From assembly GCA_035542575.1 (NCBI GenBank), contig DATKLE010000057.1, positions 1,627 to 65,626 on the forward strand: a stretch of DNA of 64,000 bases, given 5' to 3'. Position numbers and translations under genes: made by a program. This DNA comes from Terriglobales bacterium. GTDB taxonomy: Bacteria > Acidobacteriota > Terriglobia > Terriglobales > Acidobacteriaceae. Within the stretch, counting starts at the first letter, position 1. The number at the start of each line of letters is the position of its first letter. The notes beneath the pieces are model-generated. The model saw only the letters and a list, made by a program, of their open reading frames with translations, ran no database searches and was not told where the DNA came from. Below, piece after piece: positions 1-11,448 of the stretch.

Positions 1-612
1 ATGGCAAGCGAAGGAAAGGGAATCCGCATTGTTGTCATCAATGGCAGCGTGCGTCCCAATAACTACACCAGCATGGCGTCAGCGCTGGTGGTGGACGAGT
101 TGAAGAAAGATCCTAACGTTACGGTCCACGTCATCAACCCCTTGGAGTATCACCTGCCTTTTCCTGGGATCGACCCGAATGCGCCAGGGACGAAGAGGCT
201 GCAAGAGGAAGTGAGGGACGCGACGGCGGTGATCCTTGCCACCCCTGAGTATCACGGCAGCTTCAGCAGCGTGACCAAGCTGGTGATCGAGAACCTGGGA
301 TTCCCGTCTGTGCTGGCCGGGAAGCCGGTTGCCCTGCTGGGCGTGGCGGCGGGGAGCATCGGCGCCATCAAGTCCCTGGAGCATCTGCGGGGCGTGTGCT
401 CGCATATCGGCGCCGTCGTGCTGCCATTGCCGATCTCGGTGGCAAATGTTCAGCGCGTATTCGACACCTCCGGCCAGGTTCTCGACCCGGCGGTGGAGAA
501 GTTGATCCGCAGCCTCGCCAAGAATGTCATGGACTACCTGCACCAGAATGTTTGCCCGTCGGTAACGCTGGAGAGGCTGCTGCGGAGTGGGATTGCGGTA
601 GTAGGGGCGTAA
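1..612 (+). CDS. NAD(P)H-dependent FMN reductase family protein
   Basis: ATG at position 1 and TAA at 610-612. The N-terminus IRIVVINGSVRPNNYT and the ATPEYHGSFS motif are typical of this flavodoxin-like reductase family. It may extend upstream of the window. Confidence 0.75.
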   Translation: MASEGKGIRIVVINGSVRPNNYTSMASALVVDELKKDPNVTVHVINPLEYHLPFPGIDPNAPGTKRLQEEVRDATAVILATPEYHGSFSSVTKLVIENLGFPSVLAGKPVALLGVAAGSIGAIKSLEHLRGVCSHIGAVVLPLPISVANVQRVFDTSGQVLDPAVEKLIRSLAKNVMDYLHQNVCPSVTLERLLRSGIAVVGA

Positions 613-650
613 GGGGACTCTCGGGGATGACGCCGAGTCGGCTGTGACCG

Positions 651-3600
651 CTAACGTCGCGCCTTTGCCGCTTTGCTCGCGACCAGCCCGAAGCCCCGAG
701 CGGAGGCGTCTTTTTCCAGTTCCTGCAATTGGGCCACACCTTTGCCGGATTTCTTCGCGATGATCCCGAGCGTCAAGCGGGCTTGCAGCTGCGGCTCGAC
801 AAGGCCGATCTTCCTGGCTTCCGCGACGATTTGGTTCAACGAATTTGTCGCGTTGCCCAGGTCGGCGGGATGGCCAGAGGCCATTCGCACCCGTGCGGCC
901 GAGATCTGCACCCCCAGCCGAACCGCCGGCCGCTGGGTCTTGCCGGCCAGAGCTGCCGCCGAGCCAATTTCCTTTCGCGCCTCACCGGCCTTGCCCCGCG
1001 CGGCCAGCAACTCTGCCAGCGTGGCCCGCGCGAGGGCCTCACGCTCGGGCGACTTCGGCGCCGGCACAAGCCCGTGCAGGGCGACCTCGGCTTCCTCCGG
1101 CCGCCCTTCTTCGATCTCCAGCCTTGCCAGCAGCAACTGGTCGTCGGCGGAAGCGTCCTTTTCGTCGAGTTCCCGGTGCAGCGCCAGAGCCTCTTGGCAG
1201 CTCTTGCGGGCGCCTGCCAGGTCTCCCTGCCGCATTTGCACCGTTCCCAGGCCGGCCAGTGCCACGGCCGATTGGTGCTTCTCGCCGCTCTCCCGCGACA
1301 CGTCAAGCGCCTGCTCGTAGCTGGACTTGGCTGCGGGCAGATCCCCGGTCGCCAGGGACACGTCGCCTAAGCCCACCAGCGGGTACGACGTCTTGCCCTT
1401 TTCGCCGGTCTTCTGAAAAATGGCCAGAGCTTCCTCGTAGGCCTTTCGGGACCCGGCCGGATCGCCCAACTGGAGGTCCACATCTCCCAGATTCACCAGC
1501 GCAGTTGCGACGTTCGTATCAGACCCGATCTCCCTTCCGATGGCCAGTGATTCCGCAAACATCTTCCTGCTGCCCTTCAGATCTCCTTCGGTAACCTGGA
1601 GCGCGCCCAGGTTGCTCAAGGTGGCCGCGATGTTGATCTTGTCTCCGGTGTCGCGGTAGATCGCCAGCGCCTGCTGAGAAAGCTTGTGCGCAGTTGCCAG
1701 GTCTCCCTGATCACCGACCAGGCTGGCAATGTTGTCCAACGCGCCCGCCAGGCCACCTTGGTTTCCGATCTGGCGGTCGAGGTCAGCCACTTGCTCGTAG
1801 GCTCGCTTACCGCCGGCCAAGTCTCCCAGGTCATACAGAGCGTTGCCAATGCTGTTGAGTGCAGTGGCAGCTCCGTAGCGGTCCCCAGCTTCGAGAAATA
1901 TCCGCTGCGCCTCCTGGCAAGCTGCGATCGCCGCCTTCGGATCCCCCATGTTGCGAAGCGCATTGCACTCGGCTTGACGCGCCCTCGCGACCAGAAATCT
2001 TGCCCCCTGCTGCGCGGCTTTGGCGGCCACGGCCGCAGCCAGAGTTTGCTCGCGCTTGAAATCCGACAGATAGTGCGCTGCCCGTGCCTCCGCCAGGTCG
2101 ATGCGCAAGTCGTCGCGCTGCGGCGGCGGCAGGCTGCGGAACCCGGCAATGGTGGCCTGCGCGTCGTTGGCTTTGCCGGCGAAGGTCTGCAGGTTGGCCA
2201 GTTTCAGCCCGTAGTCCAGGTTGTCGGGCGCAGAGTTGAACAGTTCCTTGTAGGCGGCGATGGCCCGGTCTAATTGACTGTCCGCTTCGTAGTACTGACC
2301 CTCGACCCGCAAGCGTTCCTCGCGGGAAAGATGAGCAGACAGGGTGAAGGCCCGCTTAGCAGCCTCCAGCGACTTTGCGTCATAGCCTAGAGTGCTCCAG
2401 GCGGCTGAGAGTGCCGCCCAGGAAGCCGCGTGGTTAGGATCTTCCGCCACCGCCTTGAGCAGCAGGTCCCTCGCTCCCAGGGCATCGCTGGCGCGCAGTT
2501 TTGCCAAGCCCTCCGCATACAGGCGAGCCGCCGCCGGATTGGAAGGCAGCGTGGCCCGCACGCTGGCCAGCTGGGTTTCCGAGAGACTGCTCACTCCCAG
2601 GCGCGCGCGCAGTTCCGCGCCTGCTTTGCTGACCAGTTCATCGAGCTGGGACCGCGCGGCCTTTTCAGAAACCGCGGCCAGCGTTTCCCCCGCCGTCGTG
2701 TCCTGCAACTTCACGTCGAGGCGGACCTGGTCGCTGCCCACGGGAATATAGGAACCCAGGATCACCAGGTCAGTCCCCAGGTTCTGCCGGATTCTGGCTA
2801 GGGTTTCCTTGCCGTAGCTGTCGGCATCGGGCAGAGCCAGGCTCATCTTCATCTGGACAACGCTCTCCCCGGGAATCGTGCGCAACTGCTCGCCTTCAGA
2901 GAGTTCGGTGGTGAGCATTTCCGATAGCGCAGTCGAGAACCAGGCCAGTTCCGGCTTTCCGGAGAGGTTCTTGAAACCCAGCACCGCCACCGAGCGCCGT
3001 GCCTTGACTGCGGTTATCGCGGTTGTAGGAGGCTCGGCGCGGCGGTGGAGCGCGAAGTACGCCCCCAGCGCGAGAGCTGCCAATACCAGGGCGCCTCCCG
3101 CCGCCTGCAGAACCATCGTTCGGGTGCGCGCCCGCCTGGCGAGCGGGGAAACTCCGACGGTCAGGCGTTCCAGGTCGCTGTTCAACTCGCGCGCCGTTTG
3201 GTAGCGCCGGGCAGGTTCTTTGTCGAGCGCCTTGAGGATGACGCTCTCAAGTCCAGGAGGAACCTGCGGGTTCACCTTGCTGGGCGGTTCCGGATTGCGC
3301 GTCAGGATGGCGTTGATCAGGAGAGGCCCGTTGGTCTCGGGGAAGGGCCGCTGCCCGGTGGCCATCTCGTAGAGCACAGCGCCTGATGCCCAGATGTCGC
3401 TGCGTGCGTCGGAAAGCTCGCTGCGCAACTGCTCCGGCGCCATATAGGGCAGTGTGCCGGAAACTTCCTGCGACTGGGACATCGTGGCCGTGAGTCCAAG
3501 GCCGCTCGCCCGCGGCATGAATTGCGCCAGGCCAAAGTCAAGAATCTTCAGGCGGCCATCAGCCGTCAGGCGCAAATTGGCGGGCTTGAGATCACGGTGG

Positions 3601-4004
3601 ACAATCCCTTGCTCGTGAGCGGCCGCCAACCCCTGCGCCAGCTGTATGCCAAGGCCAACCGCTTCTTTGGAGGGCAGAGCGCCTTCTGCGAGCTTGTCTT
3701 CGAGTGTCTCTCCAGGGATGTATTCCGTGACCAGAAAATCAGTGCCCTTGTCGTTTCCGAACTCATACACGGTAGCGACATTGGGATGGTTCAGCCGCGC
3801 AAGTGACAGGGCTTCCCTGCGAAAACGATGGCGGGCCGTCTCCTCAGCGAGCATGCCTGCAGGGAGTACCTTGATGGCGACGTCGCGCTCCAGTTGTTCG
3901 TCACGGGCGCGGTACACGACACCCATCCCGCCTGCGCCAATTTGCTCGAGAACGCGGTAGTGGGAGATGGCAGCGCCGACCGTGTCCGCAAGTGATCCCT
4001 TCAC
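651..4004 (-). CDS. Membrane Ser/Thr protein kinase with a large C-terminal TPR region
   Basis: GTG start at 4002-4004. Hanks kinase motifs are present: GAGGMGVVY, AIK, HRDLKPANL, DFG and APE. One TM segment (LVLAALALGAYFAL) is followed by a sensor-like domain and many TPR-like repeats. Confidence 0.9.
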   Translation of the reverse strand: MKGSLADTVGAAISHYRVLEQIGAGGMGVVYRARDEQLERDVAIKVLPAGMLAEETARHRFRREALSLARLNHPNVATVYEFGNDKGTDFLVTEYIPGETLEDKLAEGALPSKEAVGLGIQLAQGLAAAHEQGIVHRDLKPANLRLTADGRLKILDFGLAQFMPRASGLGLTATMSQSQEVSGTLPYMAPEQLRSELSDARSDIWASGAVLYEMATGQRPFPETNGPLLINAILTRNPEPPSKVNPQVPPGLESVILKALDKEPARRYQTARELNSDLERLTVGVSPLARRARTRTMVLQAAGGALVLAALALGAYFALHRRAEPPTTAITAVKARRSVAVLGFKNLSGKPELAWFSTALSEMLTTELSEGEQLRTIPGESVVQMKMSLALPDADSYGKETLARIRQNLGTDLVILGSYIPVGSDQVRLDVKLQDTTAGETLAAVSEKAARSQLDELVSKAGAELRARLGVSSLSETQLASVRATLPSNPAAARLYAEGLAKLRASDALGARDLLLKAVAEDPNHAASWAALSAAWSTLGYDAKSLEAAKRAFTLSAHLSREERLRVEGQYYEADSQLDRAIAAYKELFNSAPDNLDYGLKLANLQTFAGKANDAQATIAGFRSLPPPQRDDLRIDLAEARAAHYLSDFKREQTLAAAVAAKAAQQGARFLVARARQAECNALRNMGDPKAAIAACQEAQRIFLEAGDRYGAATALNSIGNALYDLGDLAGGKRAYEQVADLDRQIGNQGGLAGALDNIASLVGDQGDLATAHKLSQQALAIYRDTGDKINIAATLSNLGALQVTEGDLKGSRKMFAESLAIGREIGSDTNVATALVNLGDVDLQLGDPAGSRKAYEEALAIFQKTGEKGKTSYPLVGLGDVSLATGDLPAAKSSYEQALDVSRESGEKHQSAVALAGLGTVQMRQGDLAGARKSCQEALALHRELDEKDASADDQLLLARLEIEEGRPEEAEVALHGLVPAPKSPEREALARATLAELLAARGKAGEARKEIGSAAALAGKTQRPAVRLGVQISAARVRMASGHPADLGNATNSLNQIVAEARKIGLVEPQLQARLTLGIIAKKSGKGVAQLQELEKDASARGFGLVASKAAKARR

Positions 4005-4146
4005 GCTGAACTTATGCTGAACCGCTGCTTACGTCAAAGCAAGCGGGACCCATCTTGCTAGCTCGGTTTCTTGGCTGATCGTGTCCCTAGATGGGAATAA
4101 ACCATGGAAACCCGGCAAGAGGCTAGCTGTGGTTCGGGCCCGCAGG

Positions 4147-5397
4147 CTACCGCGGTTCGGGAGCTGCCTCGGGAATTGCAGGCGTCTTGGGAACGACGAA
4201 CTCGTCAAGGTAGCGCGTGAGCTTGTCGCGATTCGCCAAGCGGTAGGGAATATAATCCTGCGCGATTCCTTCGTCCGCGCGGTTGAGCAGCACGAACGGC
4301 TCCAGCAGGCCGGCATCATCGATCTTGATGAGCGCAAGCAGCCCTGGATCTAGCTTGGCAGAGATCTTCTCGAAATCCTTCTGCTCCTTGAGCACCTTGA
4401 CCATTAAGCCCAGCGCGTAGGCTTCCTCTTTCAAGGTGCGCCGATACTTGGGCTCGTTGGGGAATTCCTTGGCAAAAAGTTCTCCGTGCCAGCCGGCCCG
4501 CCCCAGACCATAGCTTATCCATGCCACGGCGTTCGGATCATCCTTGGGGGTGTCTTGAATAGTGATGCTAATGTGCTTGTCATCCTTGGCCGAGACCTGG
4601 CTTCGGTCCTGCAGGCGGACCCAGTTGAGAGTAACGTGGTTTCGCTGGGCCCATTGATTCACACCCTGCCATGACAGGCGCTTGTATGGCTCAGCAATGA
4701 TCGCCTGAATGAACTTGCTGCGGGCCTCATCCATCTTGTCGGCCAGCATGAGGGCGTCGCCCCAATAGCGGTAGGCCGTCTCCTGATTCGGATCGATCTG
4801 AACCGCCCGGGAGAACCACTCTCCCGCGCTGCCCAGCGTGCGTTGCCGGAAGTAGGTGTCTCCGGTAAAAAGAGCGGCTTCATAGTTGTTTGGATCCAGC
4901 AGCAGCGCGCGAAGACATCCATCGCGTGCCTTATCAAGATCGCCGCGGACGAAGTCGGCCTCGGCTTCCTTCATCGCGGCATCGACTTCTTTGCGCGGCG
5001 AAAACGCGGCTTCGGATCCGTCTTCGGGAATCCATTCCAGAATGGTGAAAAGGATGGAATCCTGGGCGCCGGCGGCCTGTGCCTCCAGAGCTATTTTGCG
5101 GGCCCGGAGACGCGCCTCCTTCCTTTGTTCTGGATCGGTCAGGGTCGCTGCGTAGGAGGCGACGGAATAGGCCCAGCGGACCTTGAGGTTGGAGTCGGCA
5201 GGGTATCGCGCCACCAGGTCTTCGAGGAGCGGCATGGCTTCGACCATCTTGCCGCTCTGATACAAGTCGAGGGCCTCTCGGACCTGCGGATTATTGGCGT
5301 CAGCGGTTTGCGCAACGGAAAGGGCCGGCCAAACTTGGAGCGCGCCAAAGGCCAGCACGAAAAAAGACAGCGCCCGACGAAACGACTGACGCGCCAT
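4147..5397 (-). CDS. Secreted TPR-containing protein, function unknown
   Basis: The internal ATG at 5395-5397 gives a signal-peptide-like N-terminus (MARQSFRRALSFFVLAFGALQVWPALSVAQ). The longer ORF runs to 5469. TPR-like helices are present and GC3 is high. Confidence 0.65.
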   Translation of the reverse strand: MARQSFRRALSFFVLAFGALQVWPALSVAQTADANNPQVREALDLYQSGKMVEAMPLLEDLVARYPADSNLKVRWAYSVASYAATLTDPEQRKEARLRARKIALEAQAAGAQDSILFTILEWIPEDGSEAAFSPRKEVDAAMKEAEADFVRGDLDKARDGCLRALLLDPNNYEAALFTGDTYFRQRTLGSAGEWFSRAVQIDPNQETAYRYWGDALMLADKMDEARSKFIQAIIAEPYKRLSWQGVNQWAQRNHVTLNWVRLQDRSQVSAKDDKHISITIQDTPKDDPNAVAWISYGLGRAGWHGELFAKEFPNEPKYRRTLKEEAYALGLMVKVLKEQKDFEKISAKLDPGLLALIKIDDAGLLEPFVLLNRADEGIAQDYIPYRLANRDKLTRYLDEFVVPKTPAIPEAAPEPR

Positions 5398-5519
5398 GGC
5401 AGCACCACCTATTCGCTTCGACTCCATCGGACTGAACAAGGTTCCGCAGCCTAATACGAAGAACGACATCTGAAAACATTCTTGCAGGTTTATACAGCCA
5501 GGGCCTGATCCGCCCTTGT

Positions 5520-6635
5520 TCAGTTCTTGCGCTGTTTTTCGTATTGCTCTGTGATGTAGCTGTCCGTCATCCCCGCGATGTAGTCGCAGACCACGCGTGG
5601 CAGGGGTTCCTTGCGGGCCTTCTCGCGGTAGTTGTAGGGCAACTGGTCAGGCTGCTTCGTCCAAAGCGTGAACAGCTCGCCGATGATACGCTCGGCGTCC
5701 TCCTTCTCCGGATCAAGAGCCGCGCTGAAATAGAGTCTGGCGTAAAGGAAGTCCTTGGCCTCTCGCCGCGCCTGCTCGGCTGCGGGGCTGAAGGTGACCA
5801 GCCGGTCGCGGCAGGCACGCACGTCCTCCAGGCGCTTGATTCCGGCCTCGGCAATTCTCGCCTGTGTGTTCTGGATCAGGTCTCCCACCAGCAAGTCGAG
5901 CATGCGCTTGAGCGCTTCGTTGAACTTCAGCTTTTCCAAGGCGTCAGGATACGTCTGCTCGGCCTCGTGGTAGAAGCGGCCGAACACGGACACGCCTTGC
6001 CGGATGTCGTCGAGCGAGAGGAGATGGGCTTCGTACCCGTCGTCAAGGTCGGCGGTGTTGTAGGCAATTTCATCCGCCAGGTCGATGAGCTGGGCTTCCA
6101 GCGGCGGGCGCTGATCGAGGAGATACTCGGCCAACTCGGGAAACTGCGCAGCGGGGTAATCGCGTGAATGCTTGATGATGCCTTCGCGGACTTCGAAGGT
6201 CAGGTTCAGCCCGCGAAAGGCGGCGTAGCGCTGCTCGAAGTCCTCCACAATGCGCAGCGCGTGCAGGTTGTGGTCGAAGGAAAAGCCATGCTCGTGCATG
6301 GCAACATCAAGCGCCTTCTCGCCAGCATGGCCGAAAGGAGGGTGGCCGATGTCGTGGGCGAGTGCGAGGGCTTCGACCAGATCCACGTTCAGACTCAGTT
6401 GTGCGGCGATGGTGCGCGCAATCTGCGACACCTCGATGGTGTGCGTCAGGCGATTGCGGAAGTGATCGGAGAAGCGGCGGGTGAAGACCTGGGTCTTGTC
6501 CTCCAAGCGGCGGAACGCGCGCGCATGGATGATCCGGTCGCGGTCCCGCTGGAAATCGTTGCGGTAGGGATGCGGGGGCTCGGGAAAACGGCGTCCGCGG
6601 GATGCCTCCACCCGCACCGCGTAGTCGGCGAGCAT
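5520..6635 (-). CDS. dgt: dGTP triphosphohydrolase-like HD-domain protein (dGTPase type 2 family)
   Basis: HD-domain signature RLTHTIEVSQIAR...LAHDIGHPPFGH. N-terminal FQRDRDRIIHARAFRRL and C-terminal CDYIAGMTDSY are typical of dGTPase-like proteins. Confidence 0.85.
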   Translation of the reverse strand: MLADYAVRVEASRGRRFPEPPHPYRNDFQRDRDRIIHARAFRRLEDKTQVFTRRFSDHFRNRLTHTIEVSQIARTIAAQLSLNVDLVEALALAHDIGHPPFGHAGEKALDVAMHEHGFSFDHNLHALRIVEDFEQRYAAFRGLNLTFEVREGIIKHSRDYPAAQFPELAEYLLDQRPPLEAQLIDLADEIAYNTADLDDGYEAHLLSLDDIRQGVSVFGRFYHEAEQTYPDALEKLKFNEALKRMLDLLVGDLIQNTQARIAEAGIKRLEDVRACRDRLVTFSPAAEQARREAKDFLYARLYFSAALDPEKEDAERIIGELFTLWTKQPDQLPYNYREKARKEPLPRVVCDYIAGMTDSYITEQYEKQRKN

Positions 6636-6655
6636 GAAGGAAGTCTAGCTTACTC

Positions 6656-6745
6656 AGTTGCGAGTTGCGAGTTGCAAGTTGCGAGTTAAACAAAAATGGC
6701 ACGGTCGGCGCCGTGCCTTTCACTCGGTACTCGCAACTCGGTACT
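6656..6745. repeat. Tandem heptamer repeats (AGTTGCG x4 on the left, ACTCGGT/ACTCGCA x3 on the right) flanking a GC hairpin
   Basis: Read directly: AGTTGCG AGTTGCG AGTTGCA AGTTGCG at 6656-6683 and ACTCGGT ACTCGCA ACTCGGT at 6722-6742. Positions 6729-6740 are perfectly complementary to the left array. Confidence 0.8.
6691..6717 (-). terminator. Rho-independent terminator downstream of the TPR gene 6744..8816
   Basis: GGCACGG (6698-6704) N6 CCGTGCC (6711-6717). On the minus strand this stem is followed by ATTTTTG. Confidence 0.6.
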
Positions 6746-8816
6746 ATTTCTGCTCGGAGTCTTCCTTCGCCAGCTTGACCTTGGCGGACTCGAGCTTCTT
6801 CTGGCACTGGGCGAATTCTGCGGAGTCCACCTCGGCCGCGACCGTCTTGTTCCACTCCGCGACGGCGCGCTCCCAGTGGGCGGCAGCCAGCTTCAGGCGC
6901 CCGGTCTTCTGGTACAGATCGCCCAGGTGGTTCTGCACCGTGGGATCGGTCCCAATGCGCTGCGAGGCCCTGAGCAGGTTCTCTTCCGCCAGGTCGTACT
7001 TGCCCAGCTTGAAGTAGGCCCATCCCAGCGAGTCTAGATAAGCACCATTAGCGGGATCCAGATCAACCGCTTTCTTGATGAAGGTGAGGGCTTCGTCCAG
7101 CTTGACGCCGCGGTCGGCCAGCATGTACCCGAGATAATTGAGCGCGGTCGCATTCTGGGGATCGGCAACCAGAACTTTGCGGAACATCTCTTCCGCAGGC
7201 TCGTATTTCTTCTGGCGCTCGAAGGTCGAGCCCCGCAGGAAGTCCACATATTCCTTGTCGTCCGGCTTGGTGGAGAGCTGCTCGGCCTTGTCCAGGGCCG
7301 CTTCCGCTTCCGGCCAGCGCTTCAGGCGGCTGTACATCTGCGCCAGGGTGATGTACACCTCGCGATCGTCCGGGGTGCCCTTCAACAGCGCCTTGACCTG
7401 TTCCAGGCCGGCGTCGGGTTGGCCCATGTCGGCCAGTTGCGCCGCATAGACCATCTTCAGGCCGCGGTCCTTGGGAAACTTCTGGGTCGCTTCATGGGCG
7501 ATATCCGTGGCCTGCTGCCAGTGTTTGTCATCGCGATAGGTCTCGATCAACTGCTGGTAGCCGCGCACGGCGTTGTCATCGCCCAGGGTCAGCATCTTGC
7601 GGAACGTGTCCAGCGCTGCCTGGTTATTGTTGTTGTCGCGGTAGATGGTGCCCAAACGCTCAAGAAAAACGGCGCGGTTGTTACGTTCGCCCTGACTGTA
7701 GCTGTCCTCGGGCTTCTCAGTCTTCTTCAACAGGTCCAGCAGGACCTGGGTGGCTTCGTCATAACGGCCTTGCGCCTGGTATACAGCGGCGATGTTGTAC
7801 GGCACCTCGATCGAGTCCTGCACCATGGACTCGGCCTTCTTCAGGTTGTCCAGAGCCAGATCGAACTTGCCATCCTTGCGATAAATCTCGGCCATGCGTA
7901 GATAAGTCTGCGCATCCTCAGGATTGGCGTCAGCGATGATCTTGTACTGCTCCAGGGCGGCTGCGTTCTGGCCGTCATTCATCAGGTTCTGGGCCAGCCC
8001 GCGGATGGCGTCAAGGTTGTCGCGATCCAGCTCAATCGCGCGCCGGTAGGCATCAATGGCTTGCTTGTACTCTTTCTGCTGCTCGTAGGTATACCCGAGC
8101 GCCGAATACAGCTTGGCGGAACGCCCAGCATCCGGGATCGAACTCAGGACCCGGACCGCCTGGGAGCTGTCGCCTTCCTCGTTGTAGAGGTAAGCCAGGG
8201 TGGTCACCGCCTCTTCCGAATCCGGCTCCAGCTTGACAGCGGTCTTGAATTCGCTCTCTGCCTTCTGCAAGTCGTTGTTGGCGCGATACAGCCGGCCCAG
8301 CAGCAAGTGGTTGTCCACGCTGTCGGGCTCGATCTTCACAATTTGCTCGTACTGCTCGATTGCCAGCTTCAGAACGTTCTGCGAGCCGCTGCTATTTTCC
8401 TGGACGTCGGGGCCCAGAGAACGCAGGTAGATACGCCCCAGCAGTTTGTGCGCCTCCAGGTTGTTAGGATCGCGTTTCAGGATGTCCTGGGCTTCGAGCA
8501 CCGCGTCACGAATGCGTCCCGTCTTGGCATACAGTTCGGCCAGTCCGGCAGTCAGGTACTCGGAGCTGGGGTCCGCGTCAATGGCCTGGCGGTACTCGTC
8601 GATTGCCTTGCTGGCCAGGTCGCTGCGCCCGTAGACTGCCACCTGCTCCTCGTACATGTGGGCCAAAGCATAGTGATAGTAAGCGGCAGCGCGATCCACC
8701 TTGCGCGGCGAGGTCTGAGTGGTTGATTTTGACTCTGGCTTGGAAGCCGGGGTCTGCTCAGCAAGGGCCGCGAGCGCCAGCAGCAGCACAAATGTCAGGT
8801 GATAAAGAATCTTCAT
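6744..8816 (-). CDS. Secreted multi-TPR repeat protein
   Basis: ATG at 8814-8816 gives the signal peptide MKILYHLTFVLLLALAALAEQ. The rest is near-continuous 34-residue TPR repeats. The ORF could start at 8906, but that start lacks a signal peptide. Confidence 0.8.
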   Translation of the reverse strand: MKILYHLTFVLLLALAALAEQTPASKPESKSTTQTSPRKVDRAAAYYHYALAHMYEEQVAVYGRSDLASKAIDEYRQAIDADPSSEYLTAGLAELYAKTGRIRDAVLEAQDILKRDPNNLEAHKLLGRIYLRSLGPDVQENSSGSQNVLKLAIEQYEQIVKIEPDSVDNHLLLGRLYRANNDLQKAESEFKTAVKLEPDSEEAVTTLAYLYNEEGDSSQAVRVLSSIPDAGRSAKLYSALGYTYEQQKEYKQAIDAYRRAIELDRDNLDAIRGLAQNLMNDGQNAAALEQYKIIADANPEDAQTYLRMAEIYRKDGKFDLALDNLKKAESMVQDSIEVPYNIAAVYQAQGRYDEATQVLLDLLKKTEKPEDSYSQGERNNRAVFLERLGTIYRDNNNNQAALDTFRKMLTLGDDNAVRGYQQLIETYRDDKHWQQATDIAHEATQKFPKDRGLKMVYAAQLADMGQPDAGLEQVKALLKGTPDDREVYITLAQMYSRLKRWPEAEAALDKAEQLSTKPDDKEYVDFLRGSTFERQKKYEPAEEMFRKVLVADPQNATALNYLGYMLADRGVKLDEALTFIKKAVDLDPANGAYLDSLGWAYFKLGKYDLAEENLLRASQRIGTDPTVQNHLGDLYQKTGRLKLAAAHWERAVAEWNKTVAAEVDSAEFAQCQKKLESAKVKLAKEDSEQK

Positions 8817-8970
8817 TGAGGACCTTTGGGTTCCCAAAACCATAGCGATTTGGATGCCGAACCGCTGCGGGTGGGTGCTCCGAATATTGTAAACCTGGAC
8901 GCGCAAAGGAGGTGAAAAAGCGCGTCAGCGGAACCGTACAAGCAATAACCGGAGGTACAGGGACCAGCGG

Positions 8971-9050
8971 AATTGCCGATTTACAATTTTCAATTGCCAA
9001 TTTGTTGGCCGGCAACAATCGGCAATTGGCAATCGGCATTCGCAAATCGG
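8971..9050. repeat. Inverted arrays of heptamer repeats (AATTGCC-type / YGGCAAT-type) between purH and the TPR gene
   Basis: The sequence phases into 7-mers. Left arm: AATTGCC GATTTAC AATTTTC AATTGCC AATTTGT. Right arm: CGGCAAT TGGCAAT CGGCATT CGCAAAT. GGCAATT is the reverse complement of AATTGCC. Confidence 0.75.
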
Positions 9051-10607
<1,557 letters not shown>

Positions 10608-10724
10608 AGCCGGCCTCGGGAAGGAAGGATGAATTCCGGGACTTAAAATTTTACCAGCAGATGGCCTGTGGAAGGGTGACGTGGATCACACAGCCGACAA
10701 GGGGCTGGGGCCGATGACCGACGA

Positions 10725-11354
10725 CTAGGTTCTGGCTTTGGCTTTCAGCTTGACGTGTCCGTCCTGCACTTCGACTGAATATTCGACGCTTTCGCAGTGG
10801 TACTGCTTGCGGAGCTGAGCGGTTTTTTTTTGTACGAATGACGCGAAGCTGTCGAGATTGCCCGAGACAGCCTCCCCAGTTTTCTTTTTGGCGTCGGTGA
10901 GCACCTTGTAGAGCTTCTCCACCTGCTCGTGTTGGGCGCGCGGGTCGGAGCATTGCACCGTGAAGGGCCGGTCCTCATTTGTAGGAGCGGTGGCGGCAGC
11001 AGCCCCGGCATGCCCGACTCCATAGGCCTTGTGTTCCGGCGCGTGCTCCTCGGGGCGCAGCCCCTGGATGGAGAGCAGCGCATCTTGTGGACGACGGTAG
11101 CCTTCCTCGCGAATGCGGCTCTTCTTGCGCCACAGGTCACTGTAAATGGCGTAGCGCTGGGCCATTTCGTTGTAGCGGAAGCGCTGGGAGAAGCTCATCC
11201 GGCTGCCATCGCTGAACTTGCGCAGCAGGCTCAATACCTTCCACTCGACGTCTGTGGGCGGCTTTTTGGTCGGGTTGCTGAAGTAGACCTCGTACTCGAT
11301 CTTGAGCCGGCGCAGTTGCGATTCCAGCAGAGTCAATTCTTCGTCGATGGTCAC
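10725..11354 (-). CDS. Conserved hypothetical protein (coiled-coil N-terminus, basic C-terminal domain)
   Basis: 209-aa ORF with high GC3 and no recognisable catalytic motif. The overlapping alternative ORFs look like shadows. Confidence 0.6.
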   Translation of the reverse strand: MTIDEELTLLESQLRRLKIEYEVYFSNPTKKPPTDVEWKVLSLLRKFSDGSRMSFSQRFRYNEMAQRYAIYSDLWRKKSRIREEGYRRPQDALLSIQGLRPEEHAPEHKAYGVGHAGAAAATAPTNEDRPFTVQCSDPRAQHEQVEKLYKVLTDAKKKTGEAVSGNLDSFASFVQKKTAQLRKQYHCESVEYSVEVQDGHVKLKAKART

Positions 11355-11448
11355 AGAGCCTTCTCCAGCCCACAGTGTAGGAGGTCTGCGGGGGAGACAC
11401 GAGGTTCCCGTAGGTCACGAGAGGGATGGAACGAAAGTACCTAGCAAC

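Noticed and set aside
6656-6745. Possible CRISPR array or other spacer-repeat structure at the heptamer-repeat loci
   Set aside because: The repeat unit is only 7 nt and there are no unique spacers between units. The arrays are under 100 bp and arranged as inverted arms, and no cas genes are in the window.
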